Assembly: GCF_018350175.1 (NCBI RefSeq)
Contig: NC_058368.1
Span: forward strand, 133,116,001-133,180,000
Source of the DNA: Felis catus
Lineage: Eukaryota
DNA: 64,000 bases
Reading direction: 5' to 3'
Shown: positions 12,014 to 24,034 of the stretch, one piece after another
How the letters are laid out: each line of letters opens with the position of its first letter
Numbering within the stretch: the first letter of the stretch is position 1
Notes under the pieces: model-generated
Seen by the model: the letters and a program-made list of their open reading frames with translations, nothing else
Told to the model about the DNA's origin: nothing
The model's database searches: none
Made by a program: the position numbers and the translations under genes

Positions 12014-14923
12014 TTTTTTTTAAATATGAAATTGATAGTAAAATTGGTTTCCATACAACACCCAGTGCTCATCCCAACAGGTTCCTCCTCAGTGCCCATC
12101 ACCCACTTTCCCCTCCCCCCATCAACCCTCAGTTTATTCTCAGTTTTTAAGAGTCTCTTAGGGTTTGGGTCCTTCCCTCTCTGTAACTTTTGTTTCCCCC
12201 CTTCTCGTCCCCCATGGTCTTCTGTTAAGTTTCTCAGGATCCACATAAGAGTGAAAACATATGGTATCTGTCTTTCTCTGTGTGACTTATTTCACTTAGC
12301 ATAACATTCTCCAGTTCCATCCACCTTGCTACAAATTTCATTCTTTGTCATTACCAAGTAGTATTCCATTGTATGTGTAAACCACAATTTCTTTATCCAT
12401 TCATCAGTTGACGGACAGTTAGGCTCTTTCCATAATTTAGCTATTGTTGAAAGTCCTGCTATAAACATTAGGGTACAAGTACCCCTATGCATCAGCACTC
12501 CTGTATCCCTTGGGTAAAGTCATAGGAGTGCTATTGCTGGGTCATAGGGTAGGTCTATTTTTAATTTTTTGAGGAAGCTCCACACTGTTTTCCAGAGTGG
12601 CTTCACCAGTTTGCATTACCACCAACAGTGAAAAGGCGTTCTCGTTTCTCCACATCCTCTCCAGCATCTGTAGTCTCCTGATTTGTTCACTTTGGCCACT
12701 CTGGTGTGAGGTATTATCTCAGTATGGTTTTGATTTGTATTTCCCTGATGAGGTGTGACGTTGAACATCTTTCATGTGCCTGTTGGCCATCTGGATGTCT
12801 TCTTTAGAGAAGTGTCTATTCATGTCTTCTGCCCATTTCTTCACTGGATTATTTGTTTGTCGGGTGTGGAGTTTGATGAGTTCTTTATAGATTTTGGATA
12901 CTAGCCCTTTGTCCGAATTGTCATTTGCAAATATCTTTTCCCATTCTGTCGGTTGCCTTTTAGATTTGTTAATTGTTTCGTTTGCAGTGCAGTAGCTTTT
13001 TATCTTGATGAGGTCCCAAGAGTTCATTTTTCTTTTAATTCCCTTGCCTTTGGAGACGTGTCAAGTAAGAAATGGCTGCGGCTGAGGTCAGAGAGGTTTT
13101 TCCCTGCTTTCTCCTCTAGGGTTTTGATGGTTTCCTGTCTCACATTCAGGTCCTTCATCCATTTAGAGTTTATTTTTGTGAATGGTGTAAGAAAGTGGTC
13201 TAGTTTCATTCTTCTGCATGTTGCTGTCCAGTTCTCCCAGCACCATTTGTTAAAGAGACTGTCTTTTTTCCATTGGATATTCTTTCCTGCTTTGTCAAAG
13301 ATTAGTTGGCATACTTTTGTGGGTCTAATTCTGGAGTCTCTATTCTATTCCATTGGTCTATGTGTCTGTTTTTGTGCCAATACCATGATTACAACTTTGT
13401 AGTAGAGACTAAAAAGTCTGGGATTGTGATGCCTCCTGCTTTGGTCTTCTTCTTCAATATTACTTTGGCTATTCAGGGTCTTTTGTGGTTCCATACACAT
13501 TTTAAGATTTCTTGTTCTAGCTTCAAGAAGAATTCTGGTGCAATTTTGATTGGGATTGCATTGAATGTGTAGATAGCTTTGGGTAGTATTGACATTTTAA
13601 CAATATTTATTTTTCCAATCCATGAGCATGGAATATTTTTCCATTTCTTTGTATCTTCTTCAATTTCCTTCATAAGCTTTCTATAGTTTTCAGCATACAG
13701 ATCTTTTACATCTTTGTTTAGATTTATTCCTAGGTATTGTATGCTTCTTGGTGCAATTGTGAATGGGATCCGTTTCTTTATTTGTCTTTCTGTTGCTTCA
13801 TTATTAGTGTATAAGAATGCAACTGATTTCTGTACATTGATTTTGTATCCTGCAACTTTTCTGAATTCATGTATCAGTTGTAGCAGACTTTTGTAACTCC
13901 ACTTTGGGTGGAGTCTATCGGGTTTTCCACGTATAATATCATGTCATCTGCAAAAAGTGAAAGCTTGACTTAATCTTTGCCAATTTTGATGGCTTTGATT
14001 TCCTTTTGTTGTCTGATTGCTGATGCTAGAACTTGCACCACTATGTTAAACAACAACGGTGAGAGTGGACATCCCTGTCGTGTTCCAGATCTCAGGGGGA
14101 AAGCTCTCATTTTTTCCCATTGAGGATGATATTAGCTGTGGGCTTGTCATAAATGGCTTTTATGATGTTTAAGTATATTCCTTCTATCCCGACTTTCTTG
14201 AGGGTTTTTATTAAGAAAGGATGCTGAATTTTGTCAAATGCTTTTTCTGCATCGATTGACAGGATCATATAGTTCTTATCTTTTCTTTTATTAATGTGAT
14301 GTATCACATTGATTGGTTTGCGAATATTGAACCAGGCCTGCAGCCCAGGAATGAATCCCTCTTGATCATGGTGAATAATTCTTTTTATATGCTGTTGAAT
14401 TCGATTTGTTAGTATCTTGTTGAGAATTTTTGCATCCATATTCATTGGGGATATTGGCCTGTAGTTCTCTTTTTTTGCTGGGTCTCTGTCTGGTTTAGGA
14501 ATCCAAGTAATGCTGGCTTCATAGAATGACTCTGGAAGTTTTCCTTCCCTTTCTATTTTTTGGCACAGGTTGAGAAGGATAGGTATTATCTCTACTTTAA
14601 ATGTCTGGTAGAATTCCCCAGGGAAGCCATCTGGTCCTGGACTCTTATTTGTTGGGAGATTTTTGATAACTGATTCAATTTCTTCGCTGGTTATGGGTCT
14701 GTTCAAGTTTTCTATTTCTTCCCATTTGAGTTTTGGAAGTGTGTGGGTGCTTAGGAATTTGTCCATTTCTTCCAGGTTGTCCAGTTTGTTGGCATATAAT
14801 TTTTCATAGTATTCCCTGATAATTGCTTCAATTTCTGGGGCATTGGTTGTAATAATTCTATTTTCATTCATGATTTTATCTATTTGGGTAATCTCCCTTT
14901 TCTTTTTGAGAAGCCTGGCTAGA
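12014..14923 (-). mobile_element. Felid L1, 3' part (ORF2 RT/C-terminal region, 3'UTR, polyA); non-inverted segment of a 5'-inverted insertion
   Basis: ORF track gives [45 protein letters not shown]; several frameshifts; T-tail next to TSD aacagcatggtgtcttca (11996-12013 / 15592-15609). Confidence 0.97.
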
Positions 14924-15591
14924 AGATCAGATGGACTTGACACATATATTTAGAACTCTGCATCCCAAAACAACAAAATATACTTTATTCTCGAGTGCAC
15001 ATGGAACCTTCTCCAAGATAGATCACATACTGGGTCACAAAACAGCTCTTCATAAGTATGAAAGAATTGAGATCATACAATGCACACTTTCAGACCACAA
15101 TGCTATGAAACTTGAAATCAACCACAGGAAAAATTCTGGAAAACCTCCCAAAGCATGGAGGTTAAAGAACACCCTACTAAAGAATGAATGGGTCAACCAG
15201 GCAATTAGAGAAGAAATTTAAAAATATATGGAAACAAATGAAAATGAAAATACAACAATCCAAACGCTTTGGGATGCAGCGAAGGCAGTCCTGAGAGGAA
15301 AATACACTGCAGTCCAGGCCTATCTCAAGAAATAAGAAAAATCCCAAATGCAAAATCTAACAGCACACCTAAAGGAAATAGAAGCAGAACAGCAAAGACA
15401 CCCCAAACCCAGCAGAAGAAGAGAAATAATAAAGGTCAGAGCAGAAATAAACAATATAGAATCTAAAAAAAAAAACAAAAAAAAAAAACTGTAGAGCAAG
15501 TCAGTGAAACCAAGAGTTGGTTTTTTGAAAAAATAAACAAAATTGATAAACCTCTAGCCAGGCTTCTCAAAAAGAAAAGGGACAGGACCCA
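14924..15591 (+). mobile_element. Inverted 5' segment of the same L1 (end of ORF2 endonuclease)
   Basis: [12 protein letters not shown]…SSAHGTFSKIDHILGH…SDHNAMKLEI on the opposite strand; ends at the right TSD. Confidence 0.96.
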
Positions 15592-16020
15592 AACAGCATG
15601 GTGTCTTCAAATCCCTCTCTGACTTTGCCCTCAGTTTCTATTGTCATGTCTTCTCTGACTCCGACTTCCCTGCCTCCCACTTTTCCTTCTAAGGATGCTT
15701 CAGATTACACTGAGTTCACATGTACAACCAGGATCATCCTTCCATCTGAAGACCCTTGACATTAACCACATTTGCAGGGTTCCCTTTGCCCCCATGTGAA
15801 GTAACATATTCACAGGCTCCAGGGACTGCAACACAGACATTTTTGGGGATTTGTTATTCAGTGTGCCACGCAGGTAATGGCTACCTTGTCTGTTTTGCAG
15901 CTGATTGGCCGTGAGGGATGACTTTCATGCCCTCCAAGTTAGAGGGTTTTCATTATTTTGGAATGATTATTGTCACTTGGTGTAAAAATCCGTTCTCATG
16001 ATTAAATACATTTCACTATT

Positions 16021-16776
16021 TTTTAATGTTTTTTATTTTTTTAATTTTAATTTTTATTTATTTTTTTAATATGAAATTTATTGTCAAATTGGTTTCCATA
16101 CAACACCCAGGGCTCATCCCAACAGATGCCCTCCTCAATGCCCATCACCCATCCTCCCCTCCCCCCATCAACCCTCAGTTTATTCTCAGTTTTTAAGAGT
16201 CTTTTATGGTTTGCCTCCCTTCCTCTCTGTAACTTTTTTTCCCCCTTCCCCTCCCCCGTGGTCTTCCGTTAAGTTTCTCAGGGTCCACATAAGAGTGAAA
16301 ACATATGGTATCTGTCTTTCTCTGTGTGACTTATTTCACTTAGCATAACCCCCTCCAGTTCCATCTATGTTGCTACAAAAGGCCATATTTCACTCTTTGT
16401 CATTGCCAAGTAGTATTCCATTGTATATATAAACCACAATTTCTTTATCCATTCATCAGTTAATGGACAGTTAGGCTCTTTCCATAATTTGGCTATTGTT
16501 GAAAGTGCTGCTGTAAACATTAGGGTACAAGTGCTCCTATGCATCAGCACTCTTGTATCCCTTGGGTAAATTCCTAGCAGTACTATTGCTGGGTTATAGG
16601 GTAGATCTATTTTTAATTTTTTGAGGAACCTCCACACTTCTCCAGAGCAGCTGCAGCAGTTTGCATTCCCACCAACAGTGCAAGAGGGTTCTCGTTTCTC
16701 CACGTCCTCGCCAGCATCTGTAGTCTCCTGATTTGTTCATTTTAGCCACTCTGACTGGCATGAGGTGGTATCTCAG
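16021..16776 (-). mobile_element. Second felid L1, 3' end (non-inverted segment)
   Basis: T-rich tail, 3'UTR and ORF2 C-terminus (WRFLKKLKI, WIKKLW); TSD aaatacatttca(c/a)tatt at 16004-16020 / 17125-17141. Confidence 0.96.
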
Positions 16777-17124
16777 TTGCAGCAATATCTTTCTTGACAT
16801 ATCCCCAAAGGCAAGGGAATTAAAAGCAAAAATGAACTCTTGGGACCTCATCAAGATAAAAAGCTTCTGCACTGCAAAGGAAACAATCAACAAAACTAAA
16901 AGGCAACTGACAGAATGGGAAAAGACATTTGCAAATGACAATTCGGACAAAGGGCTAGTATCCAAAATCTGTAAAGAGCTCACCAAACTCCACACCCGAA
17001 AAACAAATAATCCAGTGAAGAAATGGGCAGAAGACATGAATAGACACTTCTCTAAAGAAGACATCCAGGTGGCCAACAGGCACATGAAAGATGCTCAACG
17101 TCACACACCTCATCAGGGAAATAC
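16772..17124 (+). mobile_element. Inverted segment of the second L1
   Basis: [19 protein letters not shown]…[20 protein letters not shown] on the + strand. Confidence 0.96.
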
Positions 17125-18719
17125 AAATACATTTCAATATTATGTTGCCAACAAAAAAGAAAGAAGAGCAGTTAGATGTTTTAAGTATGATTTTCAAGTT
17201 GTGAATTTTTCGATGGGTATAAAACCTATTTTAAAATTTGTGTTATAATTATATGAACAAAATTTCTCACTTATTGAAAATTCTTGGTTAGGAATTGTGT
17301 ATGGCCATTTCAGCCTTAGAATCTGATATAAGATTAGGTTTGTTACCTTCATGAAAACAAGCTCAAGATTCTCATTAAAATGTGTAAAAAAATGTTGGGG
17401 GACATTTTAATTCATGTTCAATATTTAACATCTTTGCTAATATTTTATATCTTACTTTTATCATGATTATATATATAAAACAAAGAGACTGTAAAGAGGA
17501 TTTTACATCAAGTCCCAAAGAGATTATGCTTAAATCTCTCTCAGATTACCTCAGCAGGTATGCAGGTAATGATATTATCATTTTCTATGGGTGGATAATG
17601 TGCAAACGAGCTGGGGAGAATAGTTGTGAGTGACCCCATCCTTTGTGATTCTGTGGGACACAGTTAAAATCGTTTCAAAGGAAAAATTACAAAACAATAG
17701 CAATTCCAATACAAGATCAATTGCAATGCTTAGAACACATAATAAATCCCCTAATTTGGCCATAAAGAAAGATTTTACAGCTTTATAACTTTTATTCACA
17801 GAACATCAGGTTTTCCCCATTCCTACTAGGAAATGTTGAACAAACTCTTACAGACTATCATTCGAAGGGGTGCCTAACTATTAGCCTTCTGTGGGTGCCT
17901 CATATATCTGCCTTTCCAAATCAGTTTTGGAAGTTTCCTGAGATTCATCTTGGTTATAAAATAAATCAATAAGTTCCAAAGATATTGAATCTAATATCTT
18001 TGAGCAAATGAATATTTTAGTAAAGATTGTATGGATACATTTATTTTTATTAAGAAACCCAGAAGAAATAACCCATAAGCCTGTGTCCTGTAAGGGTGAT
18101 CCCTATTTCTACCGCTCATGGGCATGGAAGCAGGGAACGGGATGCTGCCCAGGGAACCCTGGGAGGGAGAGAGCAAGTGTGGGAAACAGGTAGGGATAAA
18201 TTGTAGGGAGGGAGGTCATGTGGTGGACCTCTGGCCTTCCTCTGCTTTGGGCACATGCCTCTCTCTTCCAGCTCTGTCATCCCCCCACTTCCAGAATCTG
18301 GAAACTGGGGCACCGCACGCAGCTTTTGGTCCCACCCCACCTTCTAATGTAAACAGGCAAAGCACAGTCCACGTAGTTTTCTACCTTGCTTGGAGCTGAT
18401 GCAACCTTTTTCTAGTTTTCGGTTCTTTTTCTTTACTGCCTGGTCTTATGGTCTATGCCCTGGGCCCCAAGTGGATGGCTCTCTCAGTAACTGAAGTTCT
18501 TTCATTCTCTCAGAGACCCAGAAGGCAGATCCCTAAGGGGGTGCATTTCAATACTTGGTTTATAGTAAGCACTTAACAAAACTTCAGATTGAGTGGGTAA
18601 GTGAAGAGGTGTGTTTTCTGAAACAGATTAGATTACATATTAAATCTTAAGAGAAAGTTAACAGAAGCAGAAACGTAATGGAGGTGAAATCCTTAGGTTT
18701 CATTTTCTGATTCACTTTT

Positions 18720-19060
18720 TTTAACTTGTACTTTTAGAACTTAATTATCTTATTGAAAAAGTTACTTAGGCTCATTGCATACTTTTTTTAAGAGTTACAG
18801 AAAAGTTACAGAATAAAATAGTTTATAATCTCTTGTCCCAGAAGTAATCACTGCTAACATTGGTGTGTATTTTGCTGGACTTTTTTCTTTTTATGTACAC
18901 AGACACACCCCAGACAAAATATACCCACACTAATTTTTTTATACTTTTACAAAAGGGAGATTCTATGATGCTTTTTTAAAGATGGAACTCTTAGCAGTAC
19001 ATATATAACAGTGCATTAAAATGTCATGTTAATGTAGATCAATTATCATTCTTATATTTT
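18720..19060 (-). mobile_element. Decayed old L1 3' fragment (L1ME-like)
   Basis: ccagaagtaatcactgctaacattggtgtgtatttt… is typical of old L1 3'UTR in antisense. Confidence 0.5.
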
Positions 19061-19069
19061 AAAGGGGTT

Positions 19070-19203
19070 TATATATATACACATATAAATAAAAAAATAA
19101 AAATAGAAAATAAATTTAATATAAATAAATGTATGTATATGTGTGTATATATGTATATACGTGTGTGTGTGTGTGTGTACATACATATGTGTATGTATAA
19201 TAC
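19070..19203. repeat. AT-rich (TA)n/(TG)n compound simple repeat
   Basis: Read directly. Confidence 0.9.
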
Positions 19204-19612
19204 ATTAACAAAAGCAAAGAGGCCTAGGCTTTGGCAGAAGTTTCAAAGGGCTGGTGACTTTTGTTAGGATTCAGAAGACTCATGTTTCAAGGTCCCAATC
19301 TCTTGCCTCTTGTTGGGCTTGCCTGAGGCATGGGGGTTCAGAAAGGCTGGGGCATCTCTGGACCTCCCTCCTTTGTGGGCCCTTGAATGAGTTAATTACG
19401 TACCTCACACTAGTTATGCACCTCACAGGGTTATTGTGAAGGTTAAGGAGTGTCTGTCACAACTCTGGATGCTAATAGTGATCATCCAGCAAGTGTTAAT
19501 TCTGTCTCCTTTGAATTCTGAAATGAGAATGATTCATGTCTCTAGGCCTCCTGGGTTTTTTTTTTTTAAGTGAAAAATATCCACTTTATAAATAGATGAA
19601 CTGAAATGACTG

Positions 19613-19615
<3 letters not shown>

Positions 19616-19657
<42 letters not shown>

Positions 19658-19873
19658 CATATATAAAATTATTTATTTATTTTGGGGAGAGAGAGAGAGA
19701 AAGAGGGCATGAGCAGGGGCGGGGCAGAGAGAGAGGGAGACATAGAATCTGAAGCAGGCTCCAGGCTCCAAGCTGTCAGCACAGAGCCTGATGCGGGGCC
19801 CGAACCCACGAACTGCAAGATCATGACCCGAGGGAAAGTAGGACACTTGACCAACTAAGCTACCCAGGCAGCC
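19616..19873 (-). mobile_element. CAN-SINE with (CA)n(TA)n in tail
   Basis: TSD ctgaaatgactgata at 19601-19615 / 19874-19888. Confidence 0.93.
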
Positions 19874-21011
19874 CTGAAATGACTGATATTTTAATAGTTA
19901 CGTCAGAATGAATAGCGCAAGGCCTCCCCACAGAATCTTGGCCTTTGGTGTGAGGGCAGAGCCCCCCGGGGTGGCCGGCTGTGAGTTCAGTGCAGCAGCG
20001 AGGAGGTTTGCCACACCTCCATGTCTTTATTCTCTCCACACCTGCGTAGGCAGTCACTTCTAAAGCTGTCATTTTGTAATATGAAGGGCAGCAAACAATA
20101 ACTGCTACGTAGCCCACGCTGCTGGGTGAGCCCTGCCTCCAGCTTTTCTTTTGTCTTGAAAGGCTGGAGTCATGTGGGGCAGGATAGCCCAGCAGCAGGA
20201 CCAAGGGCACAGGCTTCCTGTGAGCCCCAGCAATACCTGGTTACCCCAGCATTGCCACGGGCACAAGGACTAAAGTCAGCATCGTCTGTGACAAATATCT
20301 AGTAAGCCCCACTCTAGGTTTAATAAATGAGGTGGCAGAAGGTTTTAGGTTAAAAGGCCTAAATCCATTTAACGCCTGGATGGACATCCGAATTAGGTGA
20401 CAGGTGAGTCACGTGAAAGTCGAAGCAAGAAACGGTCTCTTGGTGAAGTGAATGTTTGCACTGAGATGCTGGTCTCCGGGTCATTTCTTCTACTTTCCAG
20501 TCCTCACATTTCTGGGGACACTGTAGGTGCCCACCTGGTAAATGTTTGTTAATTTATTGTGTTGAGGGTTTTAGAATTACATGAAGCATTTTCTCATTTA
20601 GAAATGTGCAAAACAAGGTGTAAGTGTGGTGTATAAAGAGGTCTGCATTTGCGGGTGAGGAAGGGATGTAGAGGATTAAAGACAAACGTGTGTGAGTGGC
20701 TTGTTTAGGTGAGGGGCAAGGGTGGCCCCTCCTGACTCCTGGACAGAGGACTCTGCCCTCAAGCCCTGGCACCTCAGTGTTCCCTGAGTGTGTCCACGTC
20801 TGGGGAGCCCAGAATCTTGCAGGGCTTTAGTTTGGGCAGAGAATAGCAAAAGCAAAGAGGCCTAGGCTTTGGCAGAAGTTTGCCAAAGGCCTGGTGTCTC
20901 TTGCCATGATTTTTAGACTCTTCTATCCTGGGAGGCAGTGGGAAGAGGGTGGGGAGGGAAAAAAATGATGAGTCCCCTATTCTTCCTTTTCTGTGACTTG
21001 GGGTTTCCCGT

Positions 21012-21365
21012 TTATTTATTCAACAAACACTCCATAGTGCTGGGCCCGGATACAGAAGCACTTCAGGGCATGGCAGGCCCTGCCCATGGCCCCCATACCC
21101 AGTGTGACTAACATATAGGAGGAGAGGCAGGTGCATAATCAGATGGTTACTATCTGGGGTGGTCATTGACATGGAGGCTGTGGCCTGAAGGATGGTGGAA
21201 GATGCAGCACACAGGGCCATCCGGAGGAGTTGGGGTGGGTGGGGAGGGAGGAATATTCCAACAGGGGCCCAGGAGGGAGGAAGCAAGCATGGCCTGTTCA
21301 GTCAGGGACTCAAGATCCTTCTGTTGGCTAATCTGCACATCTGGAACAGGTGTGGTGGAGGTCAG
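21012..21365 (-). mobile_element. L2 3' fragment
   Basis: tttatttattcaacaaacact…gtgctggg…ccctgccc; purine-rich continuation typical of antisense L2. Confidence 0.55.
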
Positions 21366-21593
21366 GAATGGGAGACCAGAGGTGATTCATTTCCTTTCTT
21401 ACTTTCCTTTTCCCTCCCCTCCCTCCCCTCCCCTCCATTCCCCTTCCATCTCCTCCCTTCCCCACCTACTTTGAAACCTCTCAGTTTATAGGGACTTCCT
21501 CTAGCATGGAAATACGGAGACTCAAAAGGACCAAATAAACACTCCCTCAACCAAGCACTCAGACCCGGAAGATGGCAGTTTACTTTCACCTTG

Positions 21594-21770
21594 CAGAGTG
21601 GTTCTCCAGGGCTTGTATGCATCAGAATTGCCTGGCCGGCTTGTGAAAACAGATTGCAGGACCCACTTCTGGGGTTCCAGTCTCAGTATGTCTGGTGTCA
21701 GGCCCACAAATTTGCATTTCTAGCAAATTCCTGGGGTGCTCCTGCTTTTGATGGGTGGACCATTTTAGGG
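21594..21770. mobile_element. MER5-type hAT-Charlie MITE
   Basis: gtggttctcca…tgcatcagaattgcctgg…tttgcatttctagcaaattcctgg…ggaccattt. Confidence 0.8.
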
Positions 21771-21779
21771 CAATTTGAA

Positions 21780-22000
21780 ATTTTTTGAAAAAAATTTCTA
21801 AATGTTTATTTATTTTTGAGAGACAGACAGAGACAGTGTAAGCAGGGGAAGGGCAGAGAGAGAGGGAGACAGACTCTGAAGCAGGCTCCAGGCTCTGAGC
21901 TGTCGGCACAGAGCCTGATGGGGGCTCGAACTCACAAAATGTGAGATCATGATCTGAGCTGAAGTCAGATGCTTAATGGACTGAGCCACCCAGGAGCCCC
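21780..22000 (-). mobile_element. CAN-SINE
   Basis: SINE body; TSD agggcaat. Confidence 0.93.
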
Positions 22001-22234
22001 AGGGCAATCTTAATTTTAAGGCAATTTGCCAGATCCTTGTTAGCCCTGTGCTGGCTTCAGAGATGGAGAAAGAGAGGAGACATGTATAACAAGTATTAAA
22101 TGGAGAAATGACATGAATAAGACATGAAAGGGCATGCGTGAATTGTTGGCGGGTATTGTGGGGACACAGAGGGTGTCTGTACCTCAGCTTCCTTACCTAT
22201 AAAATTGGAATAATACCCACCTAATAGAGCTTAA

Positions 22235-22963
22235 AATTTTTATTAATAGACTTTTTTTTAGAGCAGTTAGGTTTATAGAAAAATTGTACAAAGTACAGTG
22301 AGTTTTCATGTACCTCCTTCTCTCCCCATTTATGTTGTACATTCTACCTGTTTTGACAAATGCATGTTATGTATCCATCATCACTGTAGAGCAGTGTCAC
22401 CACCCTAAAAATCTCTGATGATTCATGTGTTCGTCCCTCCCCTCCTCTTCCCTCACAACCACTGATCTGTCTACTGTCTCCACAGTTTTGCCTTTTCCAG
22501 AATGGCATACATTTGGAATCCCATGTGTAAACTTTGCAGACCAGTGTCTTTGATTTAGCAATATGCATCTAAGTTCCTCCAAGTCTTTTCATTGCTTGAT
22601 AGTTCATTTCTTCTTATCTGAATAGTATTCCATTGTCAGGATGTACAAGCATGCTTACCCATTCATCTGCAGAGAAACATCTTGATCACTTCCAACTTGT
22701 GACATTTATGAATAAAGCTACTATACACATCGTGAGCAGGTTTTTGTGTGGCTAAGCTTTCAAGTCATTTGGATAAATACCTAGGAGCATGACTGCTGGA
22801 AAATACTGTAAGTCTCTATTAAGCTTTGTAAGAGACTGCCCAACAATCTTCCAAAGTCACTGTACCATTTTGGCTTCCTACCAACAATGAATGAGAGCTC
22901 CTGTTTTTTTTTCACATCCTCACCAGAATTTGGTGTTGTCAGTATTTTGGGTTTTGGCCATTC
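22235..22963 (-). mobile_element. Old L1 3' end (L1MB/L1MC-like), inserted in a MIR
   Basis: agagcagttaggtttatagaaaaattg, accactgatctg…ttttgccttttccagaatg, aatagtattccattgt, ccaacaatgaatgagag. Confidence 0.85.
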
Positions 22964-23277
22964 ACAGATAGGGTTTTATAAGGATTGAATAAAACAGTGG
23001 ATGCAAAGCTCTGACTATGGTGCCTGGTACAGAGGCAGAGCTCAGTATCTAGAAGCTATTCCTGCTGTTTTTCAGTTCTTTTCCTCCTTTCCCCACACCT
23101 TTCTGCTTTTCTTGGCCTATTTCAATCCCATGTTTTCTCTGAGGCAGAGCTCTGATCCTTAACCTCTGAAAACCCTCTCCTCTCCTCTCTGCCAGTCTCT
23201 TCTCCTTATAACACCTTCTGTCACATCTAATTAGACCTGTGACATCTTCAGACTTCCAGAATCACCTTGATGTTGTT

Positions 23278-23323
23278 GAATTAGTTCTCTAGAGAAACAG
23301 AACCAGTAGGGGGTGTGGTGTGA

Positions 23324-23374
<51 letters not shown>

Positions 23375-23668
23375 GAGAGAGAGAGAGAGAGAGAGAAGAG
23401 GGGGAGATTTATTTTAAGGAATTGACCAACATGATTACAAAGCCTGGCAGGTCTACAGTCTGCAAGGTGGCCCAGAAGGCTGGAAACCAGGAGAAGAGCC
23501 AGTGTTGCAGGTGAAGTCCAGAACCATCTTTTGGAATTCCTCCTTGCTTGGGGGAGGTCACTCTTTTTGTTCTATTTATGCCTCAGCTGGTTAGATGAGG
23601 CCCACCCACACTAGGGAAAGTTGTCTCATTCAAAAAACACCTCCACAGAAGGTCCACACTGTGCCTAG
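23278..23668 (-). mobile_element. ERVL MLT2 LTR (MLT2B-like) with (TG)n(GA)n
   Basis: ttctctagagaaacagaaccagtagg…gattttattttaaggaattg…gatgaggcccacccaca…ctcattcaaaaaacacc. Confidence 0.82.
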
Positions 23669-23976
23669 ACTACAGTGTCCACATACTCGTTCATACATGT
23701 CTGAGTGTGGCTGTGAAGGTATTTTTTTGGATGAGATTAACATTTAAATCAATAGACTTTGAGTAGAGAAGATTATCTTCCATAATGTGGGTGGGCCTTA
23801 TCTAACCAGTTGGGGGCCTTAAGGAAGACTGAAATTCCCTGAGGAAGAAGGGAGTCTGCTCCAAACTGCATTTGGATTCAAGCTGCAATGTTAACTCTTC
23901 CCTAGGTGTCCAGCATGCTGACCTCCCCTGCAGATTTTGGACTTGGACCCCCATAATTGCATGGGCCAATTCTTAA

Positions 23977-24034
<58 letters not shown>

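Larger units (their letters stand above)
11741..15869. mobile_element. MaLR LTR (MLT1C/D-like) split by an L1 insertion (11741-12013 and 15592-15869)
   Basis: tgtatcagtttcttattgccgctgtaac…acttagtggcttaaac…gcagggttgcattccttctggagg…; resumes after the TSD with gtaacatattcacaggctccaggg…ttattcagtgtgccac. Confidence 0.85.

Noticed and set aside
14107..14943. 278-aa reverse transcriptase ORF as a functional gene
   Set aside because: Fragment of a frameshifted, 5'-inverted L1 ORF2; its start comes from reading across the inversion junction.
15465..15488. Internal A-run in the L1 as a second polyA tail
   Set aside because: L1 sequence continues collinearly on both sides; it is an expanded internal homopolymer.
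16733..17248. 171-aa chimeric ORF spanning the L1 inversion
   Set aside because: Chance read-through of antisense L1, sense L1 and flank; no promoter or splice support.
782..20881. 30-35-bp direct repeats as CRISPR-like repeats or recombinase sites
   Set aside because: Each occurs only twice, the pairs are unrelated, the spacing is kilobases and the DNA is mammalian with no associated genes.
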